This document shows, piece by piece, positions 24,601 to 39,600 of a stretch of 64,000 nucleotides of DNA (its first letter is position 1; every line of letters starts with the position of its first letter). The notes below the pieces were generated by a model. It had not been told where the DNA came from and searched no databases. It worked only from the letters and a program-made list of their open reading frames with translations. The stretch comes from Heterodontus francisci. Taxonomy: Eukaryota. The DNA is taken from the NCBI RefSeq assembly GCF_036365525.1, contig NC_090393.1, positions 51,212,904 through 51,276,903 on the forward strand. Reading direction: 5' to 3'. A program made the translations under genes and the position numbers.

Positions 24601-27600
24601 GCATCAGCTCCAGTTCTGCCACTTACCGACCTGGTAAATGGATTCCATTCTGCTCCCAACCTTACCTTGGACCTGCGCATGAAAAACATGTTTCACTATG
24701 GTGAAAGCACTGTCACCCAGTAATAGGGAATCTTCTCAGATGTCACATTCGTAATATTGCACACCATTCTCTCTCCATTGCAAATGCTTACAGCAGTAAA
24801 CCCAGTGTCCCTGGTGTACACAGGAGAGTGCTGACACATCACAGCACCATTTTATCTCAATGTTTCATAATCTGGAGACAAATCCTTGCAGATCTCCATC
24901 AGAAACTGGATGGTTATAGTGGCATGAGTGCATTTGTGAAATGAAGTAATGCTGACTGCGTGCCATATTAATATGGAAATGAAGACCTGACCTATTAGAA
25001 AACACAGGGCTGCTCGGTGCTGCTGTTTTGGAAGAAGTCTTCGCCATTGCATGGCCTAGCCAGGGCTCATCTCATACTTCATCTGAGGGAAACTCCAATC
25101 CATGAAGAAAAACAGATACGGGACAAAGAAGTGATCTCTTATGTAAAAAATACTTTTATTCCACAAAACTGGAAACATTCTTATGGTAAGTAGAAGGATA
25201 TTTCAATTGTAAATGGCAGGAAAGTTAAACAATACTGTATTTGCTACATAATTGGTAAGTTTAAAGGACTCAATTATATCTCCCATCAAACTTGGATGCA
25301 ATAACATTATTTTGAAGTAATATAGTGCAAATTAGTGCAATGTTCAACTTCAAATGTGGCTGTAGAACAAATCTGTGTGGTAGATAACTGATGGCATTAT
25401 GGAAATCAACGTTCAATAACGCTATATACTGTCTTAGTCTATTCACAGATGACTCACAGCAGCTTTCAGAGGAATCCTAAATGGAAGTAGCCACTGGGTC
25501 ACTCAGATTGGTCTGGCATATTAGCCACAGCTCCACTGGGTGATGACCTGATATTATCCTCAGTATTGTTTCTGCTATCTCTATAGAGGGCTGAATGGTG
25601 GGTTTGGAGGACTCTCGCAAGTATTTGTGTCAGCGCAACCAGAGAGATGACTGCTGCAACAACCAAACACCATGACATTGCAACAAAAGGATGTCCTGAA
25701 TCACAGGTGGAAAAGAACTTTGATGTCGTTGTTGTCCTTTTACTGAAAACATCCGATCTGTGTGACTCCACTGACAACAGTGTTAACCATGTGCTGGGTA
25801 CAAGTCGAAGACATTTCACTATTCTAATCTGGACAAGGCCACACTTGGAATATGGGAGAAAATTTTCTCTGTGTGCTAGATAAAGTGCAAATGGAGACAT
25901 GTTCTTGAGAAGGAAAGGAAATCTTCTCCCTTGGGTTCAGTTTGGAGCACCCTACCTTCAAATGGATGAAGATACATTGGAGAAACTTCAGAGAAGAATA
26001 ATAAGGGTTATACTGGGACTTAGGGCCTTTAGTTATGAGGACAGATTCATAAACATTTTCAGTGGAGATTGGAGGCAGACATGCTCCCCCTTTTCATTAT
26101 TTACTTACAGATGGTTAGTCATAAATCTGTACTCATATTTGTAGGTTATAGAGCAAGGGTTCTCTCTAGTGTAGATTGTCTATACAGAGGATGCTAGCAT
26201 TCTTTGGGAAGGAGCTGGAAGGGAGGAGCAAGTAAATACCAAATTCATGCTTTCTCCTCAGATCTGCTGAGTAGGCAACATAGTCACAGGGTGAGTTTAA
26301 AGGTTTTACAGCTTATCACATTCAAAGAGAATTATGAAATGGAGAGAGGTGTGTTACACACATAGAAATGCAGCCTGTATTCTCATTACAAATGGAAGAG
26401 AATGCGATCTGTATCATAAACCTGAAGAGCACCCTACACACCATTCACACATCCATTGAATACCAACCCATATTCAAACATCTCAAAGTTTGCAGATAAT
26501 GAAGGACATAAAGGGTCACTTGGCTTAACTCTGACACAGTGGTGATGAGAGACAGGAAAGTGGTGAAGATGATCTTATATTTCTGGAAAGCCTTTCACGA
26601 CCTCAGGACATCCCAAAGTCCTTCACAGCTAATGAAGAACATTATTGGAGCATTGTCACTGTTGTAGGAAATGCAACGACCTATTTCTGCACAGCAAGGC
26701 CCCACAAACATCACTTAGATAATGACCTGATAATCTGTTTTTGTGATGTTAATTGAGGGATAAATATTGGCCAGGACACTGGGGAGAATTCCCCTGCTCA
26801 TCTTTAAAATAGTGGCATAGGATCTTTTACATACATCTGAGAGAGGAGATGGGGTTTTGGTTTCACATTTCATTCAAAAGATGGCACTTCTGACAGTGCA
26901 GCGCTCCCTCAGTATTGCACTGGAGTGTCAACATAGATCAAGTCCCTGAAGTAGGTCGTGAACCCCCAACCTTCTGACTCAGATGCGAGAGTGCTACTTA
27001 CTAACTGAGCCAAGGCTGATACCCTTCACAAGTAGCCAGGAGGGGTGATAATGAACCAGTGGCCCATTTTACACTCTACCTGACCAATCATGGATGGATT
27101 CCAGAATCTCATTGAGAGAAAGTCAGGCACTGCTGGCCTGGTTTCCAAAGCTGCGATCCCTTTGAGGCAGGTTCCTCATGGGAGTGCTGGACTGCAGAAT
27201 CAGCCCTTGTATTTAAGGCACATGGCACTTAGACGCAGCAGACACACAATTTTTCTGTCCCTTCAGCTAGAGGGGCAAATGGTCAAAGTCAACATATGTC
27301 AGTTCTGTGCAGAAGCCCATAACTGTCCTGATGAGGATAGTAAGAAATCACATTGCACAAGGACAACACATACACTTAAGCATTGTATCCAAATAAACTG
27401 TAAATAAAAATAACTTTCATTACGTCACATTGTGCCATCATTTTGTTAAGCATAAAGTGAAGTCTCAAATATCTAGGTTCAAAACAAAATAAACATCTGC
27501 AGCTCTGAGCAAAACAAGAAAAAACAGAAAAATGGCTGCAAATTTGTACCAACTGTTCAACTGTAAGACCTACTGGACTGTGATGGACCCACTATAAGAA

Positions 27601-30600
27601 GCAGACTGAGATATCCTCCCACATCTCACTCCTTGGCTGCAGTGCCTGGTTTCCTGATTCTGGCTCGACTGCACCATTGCCTCCTGCTCCTTCATGCCTT
27701 TCTCATTGAAGTCCATTGTGAGACCCTTTGAGTGTTCCAAGCACCTGAAGTCTTGCTTCAGCACCCCGAATAATTGCTCCAAAGGCAGTCCTATCAGACC
27801 ACCCGTGACTGCAGTCAAATTCTTTAGAAGGCAGCTATAGACAGTGCAGTGCCAGCAAACTTTCTGCTCAGCAGTGAAAATTAAGTTCCCCAAGTCAGAA
27901 AACAGGCCAAAAAATTGCAAGGTTAACCAGCAGCCTGAAGTGACAAATCAGCAACTAACCTGTAAGTATTGTATGACCCCTATGAATAGGGTCCTTCCTG
28001 CGTGTTGGCGCTATGATTTGCTGGACAAGTTCATCAGGTGCTGAGTCAGACCCTGGGGCAGCCCAAAATCACAAAAAGGATCAAGATTAGGAACCTAATT
28101 TATCGTAGTTGTTCATTTCTTTAAATAATTCTGGTGAGTGCTCTTACAGAGAAGTCTGATGCATTATGGTGGGTCGCGTACTTGTGGCTTGTAATGAACG
28201 TATGCTTCCCGCCTGCCATGTTGGGCACATGTCTTGCCTGTTCAGGATTCAATTTCCCTCACAGCTTAATGAGGGAAAGGCAACACTAAGTAACTAAAGA
28301 TGGAGGGATGAGTATGTGCATGAGTTGCACTTTTTTAAAAATCTAACTCCCAAGTGGAGGGCATCTTACTCCAGACTGGAGTGTAATTCAGTCCAGACTG
28401 AAAGGTGTCTCACACCAGACTGGAGGGTGTTTCACACCAACAGGAGGGTGTCTCACTCCAGAGTGGAGGGTAACTCACTCCAGAGTGAAGCTTGCAAATT
28501 TAATGTTCCCTTCCAACTGCAAGATTGGCTTGACTTGAGCAAGCTGTTCTTTTATAGATATAAATATGTCTGAAAAATCTTTAGAATGATTAAGTATATC
28601 TCTACTCTTTGTGTTATGTGGTCTTTTTGTTTCTCCAGAGAAATTTTAGGCAGTGAAAGTGTATGGCCTTTACTGATGGCTTTCAATGCCGTACCTGCCT
28701 TTCTACAGCTTGTTACCCTGCCCTGGTTTCCAGAGAGCCCCAGATACCTCCTGATTGACAAAGGAAACAGGGCTTTGTCCATGAATGGCAAGTGACAACA
28801 GTTTATCTCCTGGGTGATGCTTTCAAGTTTAAGTCTGTAGATATAATGTGGATATTTAAAGCCAATTATTTGTAACACTCAACAGTACAGTTGATACAGG
28901 TAACCATGGTTCTAGTTGTCATGAAGGGTGAACTAATTGAAAAAAGGTTTGGTCCATTACAATTCATGTTTATCAGGAGTTGATGGTACTAGAACCTGGA
29001 ATATCTGAAATTGCAGTCCTGCTGTGGATTGAATAGTTAATCATTTTTTGTAGAAGGTTTGCAGAATAATTAATTACGTACTCAATCCAGGGTATTTAGG
29101 AGCAACCAGTTTAAATAGTCATGGAGTCCTTTTGCATGAACAGACTGAGTAAGCCTCCATGAAGAACAGTAATGAGAGTAATGACTGGTCAGTATAACTG
29201 GGCCCTGTTGCATGCTCTTGAACTATACTGGGACAATTGAGTAAATTAGGTGCCTCATATTGGAACAAAACTCTTTGTTGGAAAACCTGTGACTGCTAAC
29301 GAGTCAAGCTTTACAAAGGTCTGTTTAATGAGAAACTGTTCAAAGGCAATCATTTTCTTTGACATTTTTTCTTACAAACAATGTTTTTCCCAAGGACAGT
29401 GAAGGCTCTATTTCTAAATAGTGTTGTAATTTCAGAGTGAATTTCTGCCTTTGTTGCCCAGAATATAGTAGTGATTAAAGATCTTTCACGTGTTGATAAA
29501 AAAGTACCTCTATCAATTACTTGGTCCTTCCATGTAGACCTTAGAGGCTCTTAGCTCCAAGCTTGCTAAATCATAGAGATACTGATGATAGCCAATGTTG
29601 CTTTTAGAGTTGGCCTGGCATCTCAGGCAAACTCTGATAGCAGAAGCTGAACTCATTCTTAGTGTATTGGGAAAGGGCTTGAAACAGAAGAACTCCAACA
29701 ATTTCATCCTTAGTGCATTCCAGATGCACAGGACTGGGCCTGCTAAACTAGTTAACCATTCTGTCCAGGTTCTTGCTGTGATCTTCAACTCATAAAGATC
29801 ATGTTAAGATTTTGCTGTGAGCACTTTTCAAGTAAGCTACATCCAACTGTGATTGAAATGACACTTCTGTCTCCTCTCATGCCCTTATTTGAAATACAAG
29901 CAGTGCCTTAAAGCAACAGACGAACACAATGCACCACTAAGTGTTTCCCTACACTAAACTTATATCTTCCTTATTTCCATTTATTTTACTCACAGCACTT
30001 CAAAAACTATGGGGCAAGCGCGATTTTAGTCAAGAGCTAGAGGAAATGCAGGCTGAGCGGACTGCAATCAGGGGTGAAAGGACAAGAAGTGTGTGGGAGT
30101 TGTGCATGGACCCCTCTGTACGAAGCCAACTTGTTATCAACTCGATGATGTCATTTTTTCTACAACTCAGTGGCATCAATGCTGTAAGTATTAAAAGACA
30201 ACTGGTGAAGTGCAAAGGGATAGGTCGCAGGTTGGTGCCCAGACAAACTCCCATATGTTGAGCTTCCATCCTCAGAAATGTCATCAAAGTAAGAACCAAA
30301 CTTTCCATAGTCAGGGAGAAGTTACTCATCCCTTAAGAGCCTGGCAGCTCTACAGCACACCCCAATGGCTATTTCAGGAATTACATAAAGAAAGTGACTG
30401 GATATTTTACAGCACCTAAAGCAAATCAAAATAGTGTTGATGCTGGATTTCAGAGACGAAGAAAACAGAAAATGCTGGGAAATACGTGGCATTTTCAGGT
30501 CGATGATCTTTTATCCACATGAAATGTTCACTCTGCTTCTCTCTCTCCACAGATGCTGCCTGACCTGCTGAGTGTTTTCCAGCATTTTCTGTTTTTTTTA

Positions 30601-33600
30601 TTTTATAACATCTTGTTTCTCTCAGCAATGACCAAAGAAGAGTGGGAATGTTCTCCTGGTGTCTTGGCCATCATTTAACCCTCAACCAACATCACAAAAT
30701 AAACAGACTATTCAGTTGTTTATTTAATTGTAGTTTGAGGGACCTTCCTGTGCACAGTTTAGCTGCTGTGTTTCCCTATGCTATGACACTGATGACAAAA
30801 GTACTTCTTGGCTGTGAAGTGCTTTTGGACATTCTGAGCTTGTGAAAGGTGCTATATAAAGGCAAGTTCTTTCTTCCTAATGTCCTCACATTTACCTACA
30901 TTTTCCTCTTCAGTTTTTATAACTATTTCTTTTGGGTCACAACTTTGTGGGGTTAAGCTGCACTCCAGGACATACATGTGGGACATCAGGTAGGCAGGGG
31001 AGCATTGTATTAGAAGGGTATGCTCACAAGAAAGGAGAAACCCACCCTTTATCATTGCATTTACAGTTACTGCCTAAACTCCACCCCCAACCCAAAAAGA
31101 CTTACTGATCTCTCATTAAAACCGATCTTACAATTTCTGTGGCTCAGTGTCAGGAATGTTTTTGCTGATAACATTCTTGTTAAGTACCTTAAAAAGGAAA
31201 GTAAGAGTTTGGATGTTTACTACATTAAAGGTGCTATATGAATACAAGGTGTTGTTATTGTTGATCAGGAGCTCTGATGCAGCAATATTTGGTTGCTCTG
31301 CTCCCTTTGTATGATATAATCCACAAAAGAGAGAGAACAAACTTGTATTTATATAGCACCTTTCACAATCTGAGGACATCCCAACGTGTTTTACAGCCAT
31401 TGAAGTACTAGTGGGTGAGTTAAATAGATACTGTAAGGACCATGTCAGTAGAATGCAGGTGATACAATTCTGACAATATGATGAGAGAGATAGAGATAGA
31501 GAGATATAGATATAGAGATAGAGAGAGATAGATTCAGGGCTTTATACCATTGAACATCTTAGGTTAGAAATTACAGAATCACAGAATTGTTAGTGCAGAA
31601 GGAGGCCATTCAACCCATCATGTCCACACTGGCTATCTGAAAGAGCAATTCACTCAGTTCCTTTCCCCCGCCTTCTCCCTGCACATTCTTCCTTTTCATA
31701 TAACTGCCCAATTCCCTTTTGAATGCTTCAATTGAACCTGCCTCCACCACACTCTCAGGTAGTGCATTCCAGACCATAACCACTCACCGCATGAAAAAGC
31801 TTTCCCACATGTCTCTTTTACTTCTCTTGCCAAATATTTTATATATGTGCCCTCTCATTCTCAATCCTTTCACTGTCAGTAATGTTATCATTTGAACATT
31901 TATGACACTCATATCACATTCTTCTCATAGTAGAACTATTATTTTAAATGGATTAATGTCCCATTAAGATAGCAGAGAGTGGAATTTAATATGAACTAAT
32001 TTAGCTTTCATATAATAACCTCACCATGTGTGATTTCACTTGAATAACTTAAACATATACATGGTATAAATTGACTACATCTTATCTAGCAGTCAGACAA
32101 AACTGGTGGCACCAACCTTAACTCACACACTATTCTGAGTTCCATGGATTAGTCAGGCAGTCTCACTACTACAATGACACTTTCAACACAAGCTGATATC
32201 AACAATAAAAGCAAAATACTGCAGATGCTGGAAATCTGAAATAAAAACAGAAAGTGCTGGAAATGCTCAGCAGGTCTGGCAGCATCTGTCGAGAGAGAAG
32301 CCGAGTTAACGTTTCAAGTCTGTGACTTTTCATCATGAAAGGTCACAGACCTGAACCATTAATTTTGCTTCTCTCCTCACAAATGTTACCAGACCTGCTG
32401 AGTATTTCCAGCACTTTTATTCCTAATGCCAATGATAGTCAGTTATTGGCAGGAATAGGGGGCAGGTGGTTAATATAAAATGACTGATGGATTTAATTGC
32501 TATTTTAATCAGGCATTTTAGAGTTAGTATTTTATGATCCAATCAGAATATGGCAATTGTGACATATGACTACATGGAGGAATCTGTTAATAGGTCTGTT
32601 TTAACTCCCAGATCAAGGTGTAGTTTGATAAACTGGAGAATCTTTGCTGTTACTCAGAAGTAGTATCTAATTGGAAATTTAGACATTGAATACAACAACA
32701 ACTTATATTTATGAGTGCCTTTAACGTAATAAAACATCCCAAAACACTTCACAGGAGTGTTACAGAGCACAATTTAACACCGAGCCACATAAGGTGATAT
32801 TAGGGCAGATCCAGAAGCTTGGTCAAAGAGGTAAATTTTAAGGAGTGTCTTAGAGAAGCAAGGAGTTGTACAGAGACTGAGAAGTGTAGGGAGAGAATTC
32901 CAGATCTTACAGCCCAGGCAGCTCAGTGGTGGAGCAGTTAAAATCAGGGATGCCCAAGAGGCCAGAATTAGATGAACACAGATATCTGAGAGGGGCTGGT
33001 GGAGGTTACCGAAATAGGAAGGGGTGAGGCGATGAAGGGATTTGAAAACAAAGATGAGAATTTTTAAATTGAGATGTTGCTTAACCAGGAGCCAACGTAG
33101 GTCAGTGAACACAGGGCTGATGGTGAACGGGACTTGGTGCGAGTAAGGACATGTGCAGCAGAGTTTTGGATAACTTCAGGTTTACAGAGAGTAGGATGTG
33201 GAAGACCGGCCAGAAGTGCGTTGGAATAGACAAGTCTAGAGGTAACAAAGGCATGGATGAGGGTTTCAGCAGCAGATGAGCTGAGACAGGGGCAGAGTCG
33301 GGCAATGTTACAGAGATGAAATAGGTGGTCTTAGTGATGGCGCAGGTATGTGGTCAGAAGCTCATCTCGGGGTCAAATATTGAGACCAAGGCTGAGAACA
33401 CCTGGTTCACCCTCAAACAGTTGCCAGGAAAAGAGATGGAATCGGTTGCTTGGGAAAGGAGTTTGGGTCGGGACAGAAGACACTGGCTTTAGTCTTCCCA
33501 ATATTTAGTTGGAGGGAATTTCTGCTCATCCAGTACCGGATGTCACATAAGCAGTCTGATAATTTAGCAACAGTGGAGGAATTGAGAGAGGTGGTGGTGA

Positions 33601-36600
33601 GGTGGAGCTGGGTGTTATCAACGTATATTTTATATACTGGGTGTTCTCATACACCAGTCGCTGAAGGTCGCATGCAGGTGCAACAGGCGGTAAAAAAAGG
33701 CAAATGGTATGTTTGCCTTCATAGTGAGAGGATTCGAGTACAGGAGCAGGGATGTCTTGCTGCAATTATACAGTGCCTTGGTGAGGCCATACCTGGAATA
33801 TTGTGTGCAGCTTTGCTCTTCTTATCTGAGGAAGGATGTTCTTACTATAGAGGGAGTGCAGCGAAGGTTTACCAGACTGATTCCTGGGATGGCGGGACTG
33901 ACTTATGAGGAGAGATTGAGTCGGTTAGGATTTATATTCGCTGGAGTTCAGAAGAGCGAGGGGGATCTCATAGGAACCTATAAAGTTCTAACAGGACTTG
34001 ACAGGGTAGCGGCAGGAAGGATGTTCCCGATGGTGGGGGAGGGGGAGTCCAGAATCAGGGGTCATAGTCTAAGGATACGGGATAAACCTTTCAGGACTGA
34101 GGGAGAAATTTCTTCACCCAGAGAGTGGTGAGCCTGTGGAATTCACTACAAGAAAGCAGTTGAGGCCAAAACATTGTATGTTTTCAAGAATGAGTTAGAT
34201 ATAGCTCTTGGGGCAAAATGGATCAAAGGGTATGGGGGGAAAGCGGGAACAGGTTACTGAGTTGGATGATCAGCCATGATCATAATGAATGGCGGAGCAG
34301 GCTCGAAGGGCCGAATGACCTACTGCTCCTATTTTCTATGTTTCTATGTATATGTGATTTAAAGGAGAGAGGAACAACACCAAAGAGAGAGAACCTTTAA
34401 GAATATCAGCTAACGTGGGGACCAGGAAGGGAAGGTGGGTGGTCAGCAGTTTAGTGGGAACTGAGGAAGCAGGAGGTGGGTCTGATGGATGAAATGAGCT
34501 TGGAGAGGCCATGCAGGGCGGAAGGAGAGAAACTAGAGAAAGTTGCGAATTCAGAGCTAGGGCAGGGGGAATGTTAGAGGAAGTTTAGCCCAGTGGGCTA
34601 GGGGGAGGGACACAGTAGAGGCAGCTGGTCAGATGGTCTCAATCTTAGTCACAAGCCCATGAGCTCCTTGCACTTATTGTTGGAGGTGAGGGTGGAATAG
34701 ACAGGGGAGAGGGGTTTAGGAAGATGGTTTGGAGTAGAGAAAAGAACCTGGGTTCTTTCTAAAGAATACTTTTAATTATTTGATGCTAATAGATTGCCTG
34801 TGGCATTGTACATGACCAGTTGATAATTTGTTTTTGTATATACAAGATGGCAGTGGAATTGGGGGGAGATATTTCAGAAACTAACTCCACAGCAACACCT
34901 ACTGGCAAGAATCTGCAACTATTGCAGACAACATTTTACCTACAAGATTTATATCAGCAGTTTCAAAGTTAAATGTTGACAGAAAAACATGATCAAAGAT
35001 CAGGACAACAGGAAGGTGGACAGGAAGTGAGTGCTTACACAAGATTTTTGATATATACGAGTAGACATTCTGTGGGCATTGCAGACGGGGCGAGAAGGCC
35101 AGGCGCAATCTTCAGGTGGTGGAGCTAGAAGGCAAGGGACAATTTGAAGAGAAGATACAGACATATTTCAGTCCCTATTTTACATATTGCATAGAATTAC
35201 ATAGAATCTACAGCACAGATTGTACAACATTGTACAGCTTGTGGCCCCCAGAACAAGGCGGCATAAATATAAGATAGTTACAAACAGATTAAATAAAGAA
35301 TTTAGGAGGAATCGCTTTACACAGAGAGTGGTGAGAATGTGGAACTTGGAGTGGTTAAAGCAGAGAACATTATGCTATTTAAAGGGAGGTTTGATGGATA
35401 CAAGAGGGCAAAGGCAATAGAGGGATATGGAGGCAGGGTAGGAAGAGAGAATTAGAATGGAAGGAGGTTTGTGTGGAATATAATCACCAGCATAGACAAG
35501 TTAGGCGGATCGACCTGTTTCTGTGCTGTAGATCATTTACTGGTTATATCAAAAATCTTGTGTAACCATGCATTTCCTATCCAACTTCCTGTCGTCAAGA
35601 TCTTCTTGTCATTTCTCCATATGCATCCCATCAAACTCTTGCATAATTTTTAAAAATCCTATCAGGTCTCCTCTTCCAAGGAAAAGAGTCACAACCTGCC
35701 CAATCTTTCGTGATTGTTGTCTCCTATTAATTCTGGTAGCATGCTTGTAAATCTTTCCTGAGCTTCCTTAAACACCGCTTTTGCAGTATGAAGACCAGAA
35801 CTGCACACAATAATCAAAGTGTAGTCCAACCAAGATCTGAATTGTCAGTACTTTGCTCTCTTTGAGGTAGAGTTTTACTTTATGCAATAGTGTATAATGA
35901 GTGATAATGAGTTGCTAGTCTGTTTTACACCTCTCCCAAATCTTATTTCTATTGCACTCAATGGGGATAGATGTAAAACGATCTGCCCACTTATCAACCC
36001 CTTTGTACTCTGTTGTACAATGTCAAAATCTACCCTTTTATGTGCGTATCAACCTGTGCTGCTACTTTTAGTACCATCTGCAAATTTCTGAATCCAAATA
36101 ATCCTTCTCAAGGGTAATTAGGGATGGGCAATAAATGCTGGCCTAGCCAGCGACTCCCATAACCCTCCCCCAAGCAAATAAAAAAATTCAGTGTCTATGG
36201 TGAACAACAGTGATCCTAGCTCAGATCCCTGCAGGACATCACTTCCCACTTTCCGTCAGTCCAGAAAACTTCCCTTAATTCAAACCCTCTGTTTGTCTCT
36301 AAGGGGTGATCTAAATGAGATTTTAAAAAATGATCAAAGGAGTTAATCGGATAGATTGAGAGAAACTATTTCCTCTCATGAGGGAAGTCCAGAACAAGGG
36401 GGTGTTACCTTAAAATTAGAGCCAGGCTGTTCAGGAGTCAGGAAGGACGACCTCACACAAAGCGTCGTGGAAATCTGGAACTCTGTCCTCTGAAAGGCTG
36501 TTGAGGCTGGGGCTCAATTGAAAGATTTTTGTTTGATAGGGATATTAAGGGTTATGGAGCCAAGGCTGGCGTTAAGATACAGATCAGCTCTAATCTAACT

Positions 36601-39600
36601 GAATGGCAGGAAAGGCTTGTGGGGTTGAATGGCCTCTTGTTCCTATGTTCCACCCTCCAGGGTTTTTCTCCTCCCATTCCAGGTGCTGTGTCTCCTCATT
36701 CCAGGCTCTCTCTCCCTCAGTTTCTGGCCTTTGATGTTATAGCAAAAACTGTGTGAAATTGGGGCTGCATGTCATCAAAGGGATAAACCCTGCAAGTTTC
36801 ACATGATCACCATCTGCTGCAGCCTGGTATGGAAGCAGCCGAGGTGGCCTACGAATACTATGGCACAGTCACACTTATTTTTTCTATTCCCGTTCTTCAA
36901 TTTTGTTTGTTTGGAATTTGTGACGCAGACACTTTTGAGCATATTTTGGATAGGTTTCCATCACTGCTGTCAATTGTAGGGAGAAGGAAAAACTGGGCGA
37001 GATGAGGAGTTTTTAGATGCAGTAAGAGGCAAATTTCAGTGCATTGCAGAGGGAGGGAGGAGAATTGGATATATATACTTTAAAAAGCAAAGATTGAAAG
37101 TGCTAAGGGGAAAGAGCAGGGCAGTGGGACTAATTGGATAGCTCTTACAATCAGCCAGCACAGGCACGATGGGCTGAATGCTTTGCTTTTGTGTTATATT
37201 ATTCTATGATTCAATGAGAGTGTGCTGGATAGTTTAGGAGGAACAGTGAATGTTGTGTACCATGAAATCACTATATGATCATGCACAATCAAAGAATAAT
37301 TGCAATAAAAAAGCTTCTATTTTCCAAGTACCTTTATACAATTTTTGTTTTCCAGATCTATTCTTATGCTTTTGAGATTTTCCAGGCAGCAGGAATTCCT
37401 GATGAGACAATACCATATGTGTCCATTGGAACAGGACTAATTGAAACTCTTACGTTGCTAATCTGTGTAGGTACAATGCTGAACTGGATTATTGGTGTTG
37501 GAAAGAGTAAAAGGCACACATTACAGGAGTTTGAGGCCTTGGTTAGTTAGCTGTATCTGCAGGGAAGCTGCTTTCTCCATGATGGGCCCCACTTTGCAAC
37601 TTGGTATTTACTGAAGACTCAATTCTCTCGTGTTGGCTGAGGTCATTGCATAATATCCATTGTGTGCAAAGGTCCCTCAGTGTCATTGAGTTCAGACTTG
37701 CTCCTATTTACCAATCAGATTGGTCAGCACCACTTTGCCACTGTTCAGACTGCTGTTAACAGTGACCTGAAGAGTTACACTCTAGCTCACTTGGGTTTGG
37801 GAGTGCATCAGAAAAAAAATAATGGCTGGAATTTTAAGCCACCCCAACGAGCAGGATGGTGGCAGGGGGGTGGCGTAAAATGGAGCAGGAGGCTACAGGA
37901 GGCTTTCCCAACCCGCTCCTGCCTCCGCCACCCTTTATGTAGGGCAGGGGTGGGGGAGCGAGAAATGGCCCGCCCGTCCCAGGCCAATCAAGGCCCTTAA
38001 GTAGCCACTTAAGGGCCTTCGTCCGCCTCCACATGGATTTTACGCGTGGCAAGCAGGCATCCTGGAGCCGGGAAAAGTCGCCTGGGAAAACCAGGCAGCT
38101 GCTGATCATCCCGGGAGGAGGGAAGCCCTGCTGATCATCCCGGGAGGAGGGAAGCCCTGCTGATCGGGCACAGGGTGCCTGATGGAGGACCACCCCCGCT
38201 ACCCCAACCACACCCAGCACCCAACATGCCCCCCTTTCCCCCCAACCGACCACATGCCTCACCGGGGCCTGACCGATTACCCCCGGCGAAGCAACCAAAA
38301 CTTACCTTTCCTCCCAGCTCCACGTCTTTTTCTATCTTTGGCTGGGCTGCAGTGGCCGCTGCTCCTGGTGGCGCTGCTGGGACTTAGAGCTGCCAGCCTG
38401 CTGACTGAACAATTAAAGCCTGGGGACCCGTAAAATACAGAACGGATCCCCAGTTTTTACATCGGAGGCCAGCTCCCATCCGCCCACCGTAAAGTTCTGG
38501 CCAAAGTCTGCTATTATTACACTCATGTACCTGCTCCATCACACTGTGTAATACCCACAATCTGCATTGCGGAGGACTTGCTACTGCTTTAAAGAGAAAT
38601 AAGTGGTTAAAACTACAGCGGAATCGATTTGTGTCTTAGACCTTGAATCTTGGTGACTAATTTGCCAAAATACTCAGCCGCTTCACAATCTGATGCAGTA
38701 CTGCAACGGTGCACAGTTTCCAACTCCTTCACAATCTGACGCAGTACTGCAATGGTGCACAGTTCCCAACTCCTTCACAATCTGATGCAGTACTGCAACT
38801 GTGCACAGTTCCCAACTCCTTCACAATCTGACGCAGTACTGCAACTGTGCACAGTTTCCAACTCCTTCACAATCTGATGCAGTACTGCAACGGTGCACAG
38901 TTCCCAACTCCTTCACAATCTGATGCAGTACTGCAACTGTGCACAGTACCCGGAGACTGGACAGCGTTATCCTGTAGCAAAACAGTGAGCTCATGAAATT
39001 TCTATTGCATTTGCTGACCGTTAGAAGAGCTGAGAGCAGATTCCAGGGCTTCCCTATTTACTTACCTGATCAGAATTCTCTGGCATATATCAATAGGTAC
39101 TGACAGTTTCACAGGACATGATGTTGCCTGAAGCTCAGTGATAATCAGTCATCTCTATGATGCCAGTATACATTCTGCTATTAACTAGGTCCACTCGACT
39201 TGGGTTTATAACCAAAGGCCACTACGAGAGACTTGTGGGGGCAAGGAGTATTACTTCTAACCCAAGTTGGATGCCCTTTACTGAATGTACCCAAGTTTCT
39301 CTGATGCCATCCAATAGTAAGAGTGACACTGTTACTGAATGTTTTTCTTTATGAATCTTGTTGCACAGGCATTCTTTGTTGAACGAGCTGGGAGAAAAAC
39401 ACTCTTCTGTGGAGGACTCGGGTTTATGAGTCTGTGGACAGCACTTTTGACAGTTACATATTCACTGCGGGTGAGTGGTACCAGGTTGGGATCAGGAGAA
39501 AGGATGCCATGTTTGTTGAAACATTCTTTTAAACTGGCATCAAAAATTATTTAGGTCTGTGTTTGTTGATCTCTCTGTTGCAAAGTCTGGAATTGTTAAC

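Noticed and set aside
38681-38947. CRISPR-like palindromic repeat array
   Set aside because: Units are contiguous and near-identical with no unique spacers and no cas genes, in a vertebrate intron.
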